A stretch of DNA of 64,000 bases from Octopus bimaculoides (lineage: Eukaryota). A program made the position numbers and the translations under genes. Below are positions 11,439-25,510 of this stretch, one piece after another (within the stretch, counting starts at the first letter, position 1; each line of letters begins with the position of its first letter). Location of the stretch: NCBI RefSeq assembly GCF_001194135.2, contig NC_068981.1, positions 163,273,844 to 163,337,843 on the forward strand. The letters are read 5' to 3'. The notes under the pieces were generated by a model, which saw only the letters and a program-made list of their open reading frames with translations, was not told the origin of the DNA and made no database searches.

Positions 11439-12359
11439 NNNNNNNNNNNNNNNNNNNNNNNNNNNNNNNNNNNNNNNNNNNNNNNNNNNNNNNNNNNNNN
11501 NNNNNNNNNNNNNNNNNNNNNNNNNNNNNNNNNNNNNNNNNNNNNNNNNNNNNNNNNNNNNNNNNNNNNNNNNNNNNNNNNNNNNNNNNNNNNNNNNNNN
11601 NNNNNNNNNNNNNNNNNNNNNNNNNNNNNNNNNNNNNNNNNNNNNNNNNNNNNNNNNNNNNNNNNNNNNNNNNNNNNNNNNNNNNNNNNNNNNNNNNNNN
11701 NNNNNNNNNNNNNNNNNNNNNNNNNNNNNNNNNNNNNNNNNNNNNNNNNNNNNNNNNNNNNNNNNNNNNNNNNNNNNNNNNNNNNNNNNNNNNNNNNNNN
11801 NNNNNNNNNNNNNNNNNNNNNNNNNNNNNNNNNNNNNNNNNNNNNNNNNNNNNNNNNNNNNNNNNNNNNNNNNNNNNNNNNNNNNNNNNNNNNNNNNNNN
11901 NNNNNNNNNNNNNNNNNNNNNNNNNNNNNNNNNNNNNNNNNNNNNNNNNNNNNNNNNNNNNNNNNNNNNNNNNNNNNNNNNNNNNNNNNNNNNNNNNNNN
12001 NNNNNNNNNNNNNNNNNNNNNNNNNNNNNNNNNNNNNNNNNNNNNNNNNNNNNNNNNNNNNNNNNNNNNNNNNNNNNNNNNNNNNNNNNNNNNNNNNNNN
12101 NNNNNNNNNNNNNNNNNNNNNNNNNNNNNNNNNNNNNNNNNNNNNNNNNNNNNNNNNNNNNNNNNNNNNNNNNNNNNNNNNNNNNNNNNNNNNNNNNNNN
12201 NNNNNNNNNNNNNNNNNNNNNNNNNNNNNNNNNNNNNNNNNNNNNNNNNNNNNNNNNNNNNNNNNNNNNNNNNNNNNNNNNNNNNNNNNNNNNNNNNNNN
12301 NNNNNNNNNNNNNNNNNNNNNNNNNNNNNNNNNNNNNNNNNNNNNNNNNNNNNNNNNNN

Positions 12360-12547
12360 CCGCAACATCGCTTGACAACCGATGCTGGTGTGCTTAGGTC
12401 CCCGTAACTTTGCGGTTCGGCAAAAAGAGACCGATAGAATAAGTACTAGGCTTCCAAAGAATAAGTCCTGGGGTCGATTTGATTCGACTAAAGGCGGTGC
12501 TCCAGCATGGCCACAGTCAAATGACTGAAACAAGTAAAAGAATAAAA
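12360..12547 (+). mobile_element. Type A SINE 3' half (head lost in gap 11439-12359)
   Basis: Reverse complement of the tail at 10730-10910 and 38870-39040. Confidence 0.8.
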
Positions 12548-12844
12548 ATACATACAAGCACGTACATAAATATAAATATATGCACATGCATACACACACA
12601 CACACACACATGATACATTAAGCACACAGATGTTGGAGGAAGCTGGAAATGTTTGATAGCTAGGTATGTTGGAATAGGAAGGTCTGTCTGCAAGAATGAG
12701 GAGGAGGTGGAGGAGGAAGTGGAGATAAACTTTAGTAAGGAAATGTAGTGTGAAATATTAAGCAAACATTGGTTACTATATAAACTAATCATGATGCTGA
12801 TAATGACAAAATAGGAACAAGGGATTAGTTTAGGACAACCAGGA

Positions 12845-12862
12845 GAGAGAGGGGGAGGGGGG

Positions 12863-12925
<63 letters not shown>

Positions 12926-13036
12926 TGAAAGAGAGAGAGACGGAGAGAGAGAGAGAAAGAGAGAGAGAGTGAGGGAGAGAGAGAGAGAGAGAGAGTGAGG
13001 GAGAGAGGGAGAGAGAGAGAGAGAGTGAGTGAGGGA
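12845..13036. repeat. Imperfect (GA)n polypurine tract abutting gap 13037-13642
   Basis: Seen directly. Confidence 0.95.
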
Positions 13037-13914
13037 NNNNNNNNNNNNNNNNNNNNNNNNNNNNNNNNNNNNNNNNNNNNNNNNNNNNNNNNNNNNNNNN
13101 NNNNNNNNNNNNNNNNNNNNNNNNNNNNNNNNNNNNNNNNNNNNNNNNNNNNNNNNNNNNNNNNNNNNNNNNNNNNNNNNNNNNNNNNNNNNNNNNNNNN
13201 NNNNNNNNNNNNNNNNNNNNNNNNNNNNNNNNNNNNNNNNNNNNNNNNNNNNNNNNNNNNNNNNNNNNNNNNNNNNNNNNNNNNNNNNNNNNNNNNNNNN
13301 NNNNNNNNNNNNNNNNNNNNNNNNNNNNNNNNNNNNNNNNNNNNNNNNNNNNNNNNNNNNNNNNNNNNNNNNNNNNNNNNNNNNNNNNNNNNNNNNNNNN
13401 NNNNNNNNNNNNNNNNNNNNNNNNNNNNNNNNNNNNNNNNNNNNNNNNNNNNNNNNNNNNNNNNNNNNNNNNNNNNNNNNNNNNNNNNNNNNNNNNNNNN
13501 NNNNNNNNNNNNNNNNNNNNNNNNNNNNNNNNNNNNNNNNNNNNNNNNNNNNNNNNNNNNNNNNNNNNNNNNNNNNNNNNNNNNNNNNNNNNNNNNNNNN
13601 NNNNNNNNNNNNNNNNNNNNNNNNNNNNNNNNNNNNNNNNNNGGGGGGGGGGGATGACTAAGAAGGCAGGGTAGGAATGAGAGAGATAGGGAATTGTGAG
13701 ATAGGGATTAGGTTTGTGGAACTAAGGGTATGAAGTATAAAGAAAGCAGAGGAGAATGAATAACAATGAAAAAGTAAAACGGTGGAAATACAAAAAAAAA
13801 GGGAAAAAATGATAGTGTTAAAAACACATCTTCCACACCTGAATTGGCAAAGGGTTGGTTCCAGAAACTTATCAAAACAAAAGACTACCCTGTGGGATAC
13901 AATAACCAATGATA

Positions 13915-14060
13915 ATAGTTTCAAATTTTGGTACAAGGCCAACAAGTTCGAGGGAAGGGGGTAAGTCGATTACATCACCGCCAGTGCTCAGCTGGTACTT
14001 ATTTTATTGACCCTGAGAGGATGAATGGCTAAGTCAACCACAGCAGAACTTGAACTCAAA
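13915..14060 (-). mobile_element. Type D SINE, partial
   Basis: tttcaaattttggtacaaggcc...ctggtacttattttattgaccc. Confidence 0.65.
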
Positions 14061-14138
14061 ACCAATAATAATATAAACAAACTTAATAGATCTGTCAGAA
14101 TATGATCAGATGCTAAGTAATAAGTTGTATAATGAATT

Positions 14139-14300
14139 TAGGTGCAGGTATGACTGTGTGATAAAGACGTTTGTTTCTTAACCACATGGTCCCAAGTTCA
14201 GTCCCACTGTGTGGCACCTTGGGCAAGTGAATTCAACAACAGCTCCAAGCCAACCTAATTATGAGTGGACTTGGTAGACAGGAACTAAGTGGAGATCCAC

Positions 14301-14361
<61 letters not shown>

Positions 14362-14640
14362 NNNNNNNNNNNNNNNNNNNNNNNNNNNNNNNNNNNNNNN
14401 NNNNNNNNNNNNNNNNNNNNNNNNNNNNNNNNNNNNNNNNNNNNNNNNNNNTACAAGTTTTGGTGTGTTTACATCCCTGTAACTTGGTGGTTGGACTAAA
14501 GTGACCAATAGAATAAGTAACTGGCTTTCAACAAATAAGTTTAAAAAAATAAGAGAGTTGAGTCTCCTGGGATTAAAATTCTTCAAGTCAGTGCTAAACA
14601 TGGCTGTAATCTGATGAATGAAAGAAAATAAAAAAAGAGG
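14139..14640 (+). mobile_element. Type A SINE with expanded central (TG)n containing gap 14362-14451
   Basis: Head aggtgcaggtatgactgtgtg...gttcagtcccactgtgtggcaccttgggcaag. Tail ...ttcaagtcagtgctaaacatggc. Confidence 0.7.
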
Positions 14641-14749
14641 ATAGCTAAGGAGGGTACTGGAGGTGGAATAGAGTTGGGTTAGGAGAGGGTGTAGGTTGAA
14701 AATTATCTTTCTTTTTTTCAAAAAGCAAGAACATAGAGGAGGAGGAGGA

Positions 14750-14787
<38 letters not shown>

Positions 14788-15146
14788 AGTAGTATCACCA
14801 CAATCACTACCTCAGAGACATTTTAACTACAAAACCAGATATTTTTTTGCTTACTTTCTTTTTTTTTATCACAAACTCAAGAGTTACAGAGAGCCAACTA
14901 GAAAAAGTACAATGAACAGAAAGAGTACTGCTAAAGAGAATCTGAAAGAAACAGGAGAGGTTGGGACGGAATTTCTAGTAAATTAGCACACCACACTACA
15001 TTCAATGAGATTTCCTCCACTGTTAAAGTGTCAGCTTGATACCATGTTAATATTTATACATTCATACACACACAAATATTTTCAGCATCTTAGCACACAT
15101 AAGCATAAATATTTAAACATATACATGTACACACGCACACACACAG

Positions 15147-15187
<41 letters not shown>

Positions 15188-18109
15188 ATAGATCATATAT
15201 ACACATACACATTCATTACATACATATACACATACAGCTACATACACATTACATAGACACGAATACACATACATAATACATGTTTAAAGCTTCGATATAT
15301 ATATATATATGTCTCATATGTCTATGTACGCATGCGAACATGTTTAGATTCTAACATACACACACACACACATATATATATATATACACACACAAAGACA
15401 CACACACACACACACACATATATGTTCATGTATCTTTATGTCTGTGTTTGTCCTCCACCCACCACTTTACAACAGCTGTTGGTATGTTTATGTCCCCATA
15501 ACTTAGCAGAATGACAAAAGTGACCAATAGAATAGGTACCAGCCTTGCAAAAAAGAATAAGAGGTACCAGGCTTAAAAAACGAATAAGTCCAGCGGTCAG
15601 TTCATTTGACTAAAAATTTCTCAAGGGGGGTACCCCAGTATGGCCAGTCTGATGACTGAAACAAGTAAGAGATATTTATTGGCACACATTATACATAAAT
15701 CCAAACACACAGACGCTAGACATAGGTCCACACACACACACACGGAATTCACACGCAAGATGAACAGGACCCCTGAATTATTGCATGCACTAACAATAGT
15801 GACCTGCAGAATCCATGCAACCATTAAGAGTATATGATGATGATGATGTGCATGTGAGTGCAGTCACACACACACAGACACACACTAACACAAGGTACAT
15901 TAAATTAGATATTGAGATATTTTTCACCAACCAAAAGTTCTCAAAGCTTTTATTTGGCAATATGACCCTTTGTAAAAATGCCCTTAATGAACAATATAGT
16001 ACTGGACATACAAAAATAGAAAGAAAAAATAATAATAATAAAATGATCACAACTCTGCTTGATCTGGTCTAATATGGGCTAAACAGCAACATAGCAAAGT
16101 ACAAAGTTACAAGTAACCTGTTATTGGGATTGCATGACCTGCTAAAAAGGGGACTGTCGAAAGATGTAAAACTGGATAATATTGACTTAGATAATAAATA
16201 GTCAAGAGAGGATAGAATAATGAAAGGTAGAACACCTTTCATGTTAGCCAGTTCTTAATCAGAACTGACCTGTGTAATAAAACAGCAAACAGAGGAGGAT
16301 TGTTTTCAACAAATATAACGATCTGTCTGTACATAGGCAGTAGTTTCCGCATTTTGATAAGGAAAAGTGAAATAAAAAAAAAAAATTACAATAGCACCAC
16401 CACTTATACTAACTAAAAAGATAAATAAATAAATAGATAAAAAGAGAGCATAAATTCTTAAAATACAAGAAACATTACTAGAAATAATAGTAACACCATT
16501 AAAAGCAACATGCACTTTATAGAGGAGAAAGAAAACTTGTAAAACAAAATAAACTGCTTCTTTACAAAAATATATTTTGGAACAAGGAAAAAAATTGGTA
16601 GAGTAACAGAGATGGGAAAAGAAAAACTAAAAACCCCAAAATTACAAACAAAATCAAATATAGCTAAAATAATTTCTGTGACAATGAAAATGATTAAAAG
16701 CCGATTGAGAAAAGATATTTTAGTGAAATAGCAGACATATCAAGAAGTAGACAATTAAAATAGTAATTCAAATTTGCACATGCGCATGTGTGCGTGTGTG
16801 TGTGCATGTGCATATATTACGTGCGTATATGTTATCTTTGTTGTTCTAAAGAATTGATTTCATTAACTCGTCTATTTTAGTTGTATTTTCTTCTTAAACC
16901 ATTTTTTTCATTGTGTATGTGTGTGTAAATTTGAATTACTACTTTGTCTACTTATTAATATGTCTGCTATTTCACTAATTTTTTTTTTTTTTAATTGGCT
17001 TTTAATCATTTATATATATATATATATATATACACACATGCATAAGCTCATGTATTCTTCGAAACACAGAATGTGTCTTTTCATATGTGTTACCCCTAGG
17101 TGTGGCTCTGTTTCAAGTACAATTTGGAATAAACATGCTGGCTGCCTCAGCAACCGAGTCATTTCAAATTTCAATATCACATAAAATGTAAGGTCTACAT
17201 TTTATTACTTCAGCTCAAATGGGCAATGATAGGGACAGCAATATTGGGGCATAATTTTGTTTTTCAACTAAAGTGACACAATTCAAAAGGCTTTAAACAT
17301 AAACCATATTTGGTGGAATAAAAGGCACATGCTTGCATAAGTGGCACATATTTAGGAGAAAAGGTTTTTTGAGCATTAAAGGTTATAGGAGGCCCAACTT
17401 TGCAGCTCATTTACAACCATCGTATGATGTCTATACACAAGAGTACACACAAACACACACACACTTTCCATCTACAAACTCCACTCACACGGCTTTGGTT
17501 GGCTCAGGGCTATAAAAGACACTTGCTCAATATGCTAAGCATAAATGACTTCGGGCCTATTTTTGAGCCTTTTTTTCCTGGAGTAGTGTAGCATAAGGTT
17601 CCGATGTGATCATATTAATGTAATGTATTTTCAAATATAGATTTGCAATCTACCACATTTATCTTTTATCACTGTAAGGTATTGCTTTTTGGAATATCTT
17701 AGCATTATCAGGTTATATTTATTAGAGATAAATTTAAAAACGCTTAGCAACAAAAAAGATCATCGTAATAACAAACCAAGTTTAGATAATATATACAGGA
17801 TTTATTATGACTACACCCTTAAAACAACAAATAGCCAACATTTGAAGAAAAACAGATTAAGTACATTAAATGAAAGTGAAAGGAGTTGATGAAGTGATTG
17901 GGATTATGAAAGCCTTACTTTTAAGAGCACAAGAATCTGACTAGTCCTGAATTATAATGGAATTCACAGAAACAAATAATGAAGATGATGAATGAGAGCT
18001 TTGGCATTGTAAGGGCATTTCAACATTGATTTCATCATCACTGACTAGATGACTGTCTGAGTACAGGAAATTGCCTTCATTATTACCATTTAACGTCCAC
18101 TTTCCTATG

Positions 18110-18480
18110 CTTGCATGAGTCCGACAGAATTTGCCAAAGCAGATTTTCCACAGCCAGAAGCCCTTCCTGTTATCAATCCTCACCAGTTTCAAAGCAAGGG
18201 AATATCCCCATACTATGGCCAGACATGTTTTTCACAGAAGAGTTGAAATGAACAACCATCATGTAATGTCAACACAAAAGACACACACACACACATATAT
18301 ATATACATACATTATTATACACACACACTTTCAGTTTCTGTCTACAAAATCCACTCGCAAAGCTTTGGTTGACCCAGGGTTATGGTAGAAGATACCTGTC
18401 CAAGATGATGTGCAGTGGGACTGAACCCAAAAGTGCAAAGTAGGGAAGCTAGATTCTTAATCACACAACATGCCTACAAC
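18110..18480 (-). mobile_element. tRNA-head SINE with RTE-like tail (type E)
   Basis: Same layout as 2860-3510 and 45465-45830. Confidence 0.65.
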
Positions 18481-19011
18481 TATCATTTTGATAAAAACCT
18501 CTCAGCTGCCTTGTTGCAATCCAATGACTAATAACATCAAATAAATATCTCCAACTTCATTCTTTAAATAATATTGGAATTCTCACAGCAGGAGTGAATA
18601 CCTCAAATGCTAACAGCCAAAAAATTGGGATATCAATCTTGCAAAAACCTTGAACAGCTTCAATGCAGCTAGAAGAACTATACATGAGCTAATGATGGTA
18701 CTTTTATGCAATTACTAAACAAGCTAGAAATAACAGCTGCCTTGAAAGGAAACAGCAGGTCGGACAATACAGTAAACATGATGAAAAAAAAAAAAAACAT
18801 GAGGGGCAAAACAATCCAATTCTGTACTACTTTCAGGTTCTTTGTTGGTTCAAGTGTAGCCTGTCCTGTGTGCATGCATGCGTGTATGTGTGCATGTGAG
18901 AGAGAGTGAAAGTCCATGTCTAAGTGGCTACATTGCTTACTAAATCTTAAAGTGGTTCAGTTTGATATGCTATAACATTTCACAGTCAAGGAAAGGTGTG
19001 GAATGTAAGTA

Positions 19012-19062
<51 letters not shown>

Positions 19063-19156
19063 NNNNNNNNNNCCATGTAGCTATCACTAACATACATGCA
19101 TGCATATATATTTGTGTGTGTGTATATGTGTGTGTGGAGAGAGAGAGAGAGAGAGG

Positions 19157-19192
<36 letters not shown>

Positions 19193-19700
19193 AAGAGAGA
19201 AAGAAAGAGAGGGCTCTATATGTTTTATCAAATGAATTATCTACTTTTCTACTATATGCTATTGAATCAAAGCAAAGAAGATTAATTTCTCCATTCAGCT
19301 AGAATGATCCTCAATAGGGAACGAAGAAGAAAATATTCAATAAGTATAGAAAAGATTTTATATTAAGAATTACGAAAGAAAATAAATAAATAAATAAATA
19401 ATGGGAAAAATAAAACAGAAAAAAAAGAACAACAAACAACAGTGGTATGAATAAAAACATAACCGTAACAGAAAAGAGTAAATCTTGCTTATTCCCTAGT
19501 TGGCTTTGAGCCATATCAACTAATTCACAATTGATCTCTGCACCAAATTAAAAAGACTGCTGGGGTTTCTTGAATCAAACAGTGTTTATTGCTAGAATAG
19601 ATTTGACATACAGATCTGACATGCACATAAAACGTCATCATGGGATAATGAGACTGTACATGGCGCAGAAGTGTGTGTGTGTGTGTGTATGCACACACAC

Positions 19701-19743
<43 letters not shown>

Positions 19744-20380
19744 CATACACTTCTCTTCTGAGTCATGTAGAATAAAGAATAGTTATGTAGAGTCTGCTCC
19801 ACTCAGACTTGTGTTTCTTTGTTTGTGAGGCAATGTGTAAGCAATAGATAATCTCACACGTACACAAAAGCACACACAGAAACAAACATCTCACATGGTA
19901 TGGCATGGCAGGTAAGGATATTTAATTAGAAAGATATATATATATATATATATATCAGAGAGAGATAGGATTTGGTACTACCAACAATTAAAAGAGGATT
20001 CTAATGACTACATAATAATAATAATAATCATCATCATCGCTGGATGTTTTCAAATACAATGAACACAAGTAAAATTCTGTCACATTTTACAAATTATTTG
20101 GAGAATTAGGAAAAAAAAAGAAAAGAACAAGAACAAAGGATTGAATTTCAAACAAGAGATAGATATATTAACTAAATGAATTAGACAAAAGGGAACAAAT
20201 TTTCACACATACACACACACAACATTTTCAACAAAATAGTAACTTACTTTCAAATTTTGGCACAAAGCCAGGAATTTTAGTGGAAGCGGGATACTCAACC
20301 ACGTCAATCTCAGTACTTAACTACTTATTTTATCAATTCCAAAAGGATGAAAGACAATGTTGATTTCAGCAATATATTAC

Positions 20381-20435
<55 letters not shown>

Positions 20436-20436
<1 letters not shown>

Positions 20437-20640
20437 AAGAGGGTGCTGAAAAATTCCTGGCTTTAAGGGTATTGTGAAAGGCCTGGTTGGAGACTTTTTA
20501 CAGGGGTTAGAAAAAGTGAAGGACCACTGCAATAAGTGCGTGAATCTGAAAGGGGAATATGTTGAACAAAATCATAACTGATCCTCTTGTGTTTTCTTTA
20601 ATCACCCCTTTATGCATCACCCCTTTAGCACCCCTTCGTG
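20436..20640 (+). mobile_element. Second internally deleted mariner copy
   Basis: Left TIR gagggtgctgaaaaattcctggcttt. Encodes LQGLEKVKDHCNKCVNLKGEYVEQ. Right end ...agcaccccttcgt. Homologous to 3146-3364. Confidence 0.7.
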
Positions 20641-20924
20641 TGTGTGAGTGTGTGTCACAATGTATTGGTTGTTGTTATAGCTTTTGAATGAAGTCACCCT
20701 AGTGGCTAGGTAGGTAAGCAAACACTGTCCTTGGATGGCATGGCAGTCCATCACAGGGTTACCCATTGACAGCCGAGTGGACTGGAGCAACGTGAAATAT
20801 AGTGATTTGCTCAAGAAGTTAGTGCACCACTGGTTTGAGAATCAAAAAACATGATCTTGCAACACCTTAATCACTAGACCATACCTATTACATGTGTGTG
20901 TGTGTGTATATATATATCTTCATC

Positions 20925-21150
20925 ATCATCATTTAACGTCCGCTTTCCATGCTAGCATGGGTTGGACGATTTGACTGAGGACTGGTGAACCAGATGGCTA
21001 CACTAGGCTCCAATCTGATTTGGCAGAGTTTCTACAGCTGGATGCCCTTCCTAACGCCAACCACTCTGAGAGTGTAGTGGATGCTTTTACGTGCCACCTG
21101 CACAGGGGCCAGTCCAGTGGTACTGGCAACGGACTTGCTCAAATGTCTTT
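20925..21150 (-). mobile_element. RTE-type tail, young copy
   Basis: catcatcatttaacgtccgctttccatgctagcatgggttggacgatttgactgaggactgg is the reverse complement of the 1-250 end. Confidence 0.8.
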
Positions 21151-21770
21151 TCACATGCCTGGCCATAAGTCACCCAATAGTAGACTAAAATTCCATAAAT
21201 ATTATCTGTAATTCTGTATTGACTCGAATGGGAAAATGTGTTGCTCAAGAACTTCAGTTTGAACTATTTTCATATTTCATATTTAGATGCTTTTATTAAA
21301 TTCATTCAGTTGGAATTAACTTTTGGCCAACCCTGTATATAATGTATGTATGTATGTATATATGCATGCATAAAACTGTGTGTATATATATTCATTTGCT
21401 TTACATCCATCTTAGTATAGGTTTGACCAATAAAATATAGTTGAGGCATTGTTTTTTACAGCCAGATACCCTTCCTGTTGCTAATTCTTATGTACCTTAT
21501 GTAAAGGATTTTATTTTCATTTTATTCCATTTGTCTCTTCCTGCCAACACATCAGATGCTGGCTCTGTGCTTTCAGAGGCAGCAAAACTTCACTATTTGA
21601 TGCTCAGCACTTTTTCTTACAGAGTGCAAAATGTAAACATTTATTCAGGAATGTGAGCATGCATGTACACACTCATGAATATATAATGACAGGATTCATT
21701 AAAGTTTCTGTCTCTCAACTTAACACACAAGGTACTAGTTGGCCTCGTACAGCTATAGCATGTGAAGCTG

Positions 21771-21995
21771 TCCCTATAGTGTTTAAACTGGTCATATCCA
21801 GCCCAAATATTCTTCCTGTTTTATGTTCAAATTGGCCAGAGCCGGCCTCTCGTACCTAGTCTACAGTGTCATTTTTTAAAAAAACGGTTACATCACTGAA
21901 ATCTCAAAGCTATGAGACAATGCATGAGAAAATGGAAATAATGTGAAAATATAAGCATTACATTTGACAGAGTAATCTGAAGGCTAACAGATTAA
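21771..21995. mobile_element. piggyBac-like MITE family copy
   Basis: Homologous to 62440-62681 and, in reverse, to 29480-29678. Family ends resemble ttaaccct...agggttaa (TTAA target plus CCC terminus). Confidence 0.55.
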
Positions 21996-23184
21996 AGAGC
22001 ATATGTTACTTTGCATAATATAGCAATTCCACCATGTTGATTTTTATTTTCAAATCAAATATTTAAGAACGTAGAAACACAGATCCTACAAAAGCTGATC
22101 AATACAGAATCATTGATTAGCTTGCTTGCAGTAGAGGTTTTGAGTTGTTTTTTGCTAATTGTTTGGATGTGTGTGTTTATATACACACACACACAGATAT
22201 ACGTACATACAAACACACACACATATACATTTTGTGAATCTCGCCAGAAAGCTCAAAAATGATAGTATATCTGCTTTTTCAGCAAATTGGAAAGAATTTA
22301 TTATGATAGGAGCATACTTTTCCACTGGCCCTTGACAGCTTTATTCGTCCTTTCTTGGAAAAGGGTCATCATCAAGCTAAGCACAACAAACAAGGAAAAG
22401 AGTGAGTACTGCCATGCCATTCCAATCCATTCCACTTGGAGAGTGTGATTAGAGAAAGAAATTCATCTAATCTCTTATATATAGGTTACTATTTCTTCTC
22501 TCTATCTCTCTCTCTCTCTCTCTCTCTGTGCTTCATCTTGCTCTTCTTTCTTATCTCCCCCACCACCATTGTCCTCCACTCTCAGTCAGAAATGATAGAC
22601 CACACATAACATGTTACAGCATCTAATATCAGTTATTATTTATGAGACTTCCTTGCATGTACAGGCCAATAAGCTGACTGTCAATTTCAGATTGAGCCAT
22701 CATCATGTGACTGTTTTCTTGGTGACTGGACAAGGAGAAAGAAAAGAAAAAAAAAAAAGAAAAGAAAAAACAAAAACAGGAAAAGCCAATGGAGTAAATC
22801 AAATCCACTCATTGATATAAGCAAAAAAAGAAGAGAAAAGCAATAAAATATTTGGAGAGAACGAACATTTCTATTTCTATGTAATGTTTTTAAACAGTTA
22901 TATTCTAGCACATTGAGGAAAAACGTGATTTTGAACAGGATTTCATTTCTTTAATCTTTTATCTTTCACTTGTTTCAGTCATTGGACTGCAGCCATGATG
23001 GGGTACTGCTTCGAAAGGTTTAGTCAAATAAACCAAACCCAGTACTTATTTTAAGTATGGTAATTATTCTATCGGCTTACGAGGACAGTGATGAGGTCAG
23101 ACAAAAGGCCACACACGCACACACATATAGACATGACATACATATGTACACAGCTTCCAAGTTTCCATTTATCATACTCACAGA

Positions 23185-23583
23185 ACATTGGTTAGCGCAG
23201 GGCATGGCTATGTGTTTCAGAAGCTTGCTTTGCAACCATATAGTTTGGGGCTCAGTCCCACTGCACGATACCTTGGGTAAGAGTTTTTTTTACGATACCC
23301 CTAGGCCAATGAATGACTTGTGAGTAAATTTAATAGATGGAAACTGCGTAGAATCCTATCACATATAGTTAGGTATTTGCGTGTGTGTCCTTGCATCTGT
23401 CTCCACCCATCACTTGAGAACTGGTACTGGTTCATATGTCCTCTTAGCAGTTTGTCAAAGAAACCGATGGTGTAAGCACCAGACTTAAAACATTAAGTAC
23501 TGAGATTGATTCCTTCAACTGAAACCCCTTCAAGGTGGTGCCCTAGCACAGACACAGCCCATTGATTGAAACGAGTAAAAGAG
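23185..23583 (+). mobile_element. Type A SINE, diverged
   Basis: Head ggcatggctatgtgtttcagaagcttgc...ctcagtcccactgc. Tail ttcaaggtggtgccctagca...aaacgagtaaaagag. Confidence 0.65.
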
Positions 23584-24929
23584 GGTTGCAGTAGGAGTGC
23601 CTTTCCTAATAGGTCAGCTCAATCAAGATTGTCTTTGGTCTGAACATCAATATAATTGACGAGAATTCATATCATAGATATGACATGAAGTTTACAGATT
23701 ATAAACATTTGACTTAGCATAGCAATAGGATTAGGTTACTCATTCAAGGTTCAATTCCCGACATAATGACACAATAATCTATTTAGGATACAAACATCAC
23801 AGGGAAAGCTATTTTGATTCAAAAACGTTTTTTTGCTTGTATTAAGAAAAGAAAATATTATTATTATAATAATAATAATTATTATTATTATTTAAATTAC
23901 AATTTGGGGACAAAAATATTGTTCACTGAAAATTTTCAGCAGACAATTGGTTCACTGCATTGCTGATAGTGAGAGTAACAGGTCTTTTTTTTTTTTCTCT
24001 CCTGCAGTTTAACTTAGTGGAACAAACAGCAAACAAGGGTATATTTTCTATTCAGAAACAGTATTTTTCTTGAGGCACATTTTCTACCTTTCCTGTTGCC
24101 AACTCACAACTGTTTCCAAATAAGATGATACTCCTACATAGCTTAGCTGGAAATGTTTACATTGGAAATGTTTACATAGATAAATGAGGTCAAGACAAGG
24201 AGACATGAACTCTCACACATGCACATGCACGCACACACAATGGGCTTCTTTTAGTTTCCATCTATCAAATCCACACACAAAGTTTATGTTGACCCAGACT
24301 AACAGAAGAAATTAGACCAAGAAACCCCTGCAGTGGAACTGAACCTGGGACTATGTGTTTAGGAAGCAAACCAGTGAGATATATACATAAATTTCATGTG
24401 TATGTGTCTGTGCACACATGCACACAAATACATGATCACAGATGATGAGCTGCTATATAATTTGTTTCTCACAAGACATTGATGAATCTGAGGGTATAGC
24501 AAAGGAGATTTCTCCAAGAAGCTATGCAATGGAATGAAACTAACAATCATGTGGCTGTAAAGCCAACTTTTTAACTGCCCAGTTACACATGCCTGCAAAT
24601 AGACAGGCGTCTAAGAATCATATCACTGAACAGTATAAACTAGAGATAACTACTGACTCTTCCTTAAAAAGTCTTTTGAAGGTTGGAGGTAATTGGAAAT
24701 CATTTGGTGCACTGGTAACCAGTCAAATATTTTTAAGACTACACAAATGAAAACATGTTATATAAGACACAGACATAAATGCAATCATGTTGTATCAGAC
24801 AAAGTGGACTGGGTACTATGATTGCAGCAAGGTTACAATCCAGATTTCCTTCCATGTTGCTGGTATTTATCATAGCTTTAGTTAGCAAGTCACCATTTAC
24901 ATCTATACTTGTTCTGAACAATCCTACCT

Positions 24930-25510
24930 TTGTTTATATCACCATCAGTCATATGGTTCCAGGTTAAATCCCACTGCATAGCAACAAGTGCCTTCTGCTA
25001 TAGCCTTGGGCCAACCAAAGCCTTGTGAGTGAACTTGGCAAACAGAAACTGAAAGAAGCCTGTCAAACTTACATAAACACATGTGTGTGTGTGATGTATA
25101 TGTGAGTGTATATGTATTCTTTTATTTGTTTCAGTCATTTGACTGTGGCCATGCTGGAGCACTGCCTTTAGCTAAACGAATCAACCCCAGGACTTATTCT
25201 TTGCATGCCTAGTACTTTATTTGATCGGTCTCTTTTGCAGAACTGCTAAGTTTACAGACACATACTCACACCAGCATCAAGCGATGAGGGGGGGGGGGAT
25301 ACAGATGCACAAGCATATATATATATATATATACATATATATTTGGCAGGCTTCTTTCAGTTTCTGTCTACCAAATCTACTCACAAGGCTTTGGTCGATT
25401 CGAAGCTATAGTAGAAGACACTTGCCCAAGGTGCTACACAGTGGGGCTGAACCTGGAACCATGTGACTGCTAAGCAAGCTACTTACCACACAGTCACTCC
25501 TGCACCTATA
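24930..25510. mobile_element. Convergent pair: SINE head on + (24930-25075) and complete type A SINE on - (25115-25510)
   Basis: aaagccttgtgagtgaacttggcaaacagaaactgaaagaagcctgtc is inverted relative to gcaggcttctttcagtttctgtctaccaaatctactcacaaggcttt. Confidence 0.75.

Noticed and set aside
22283-22401. Possible + strand exon (tttttcag ... a/gtgagt) with open frame KLERIYYDRSILFHWPLTALFVLSWKRVIIKLSTTNKEK
   Set aside because: No recognisable protein and no partner exons. Such site pairs are expected by chance in 64 kb. Spliced RNA-seq reads would be needed.
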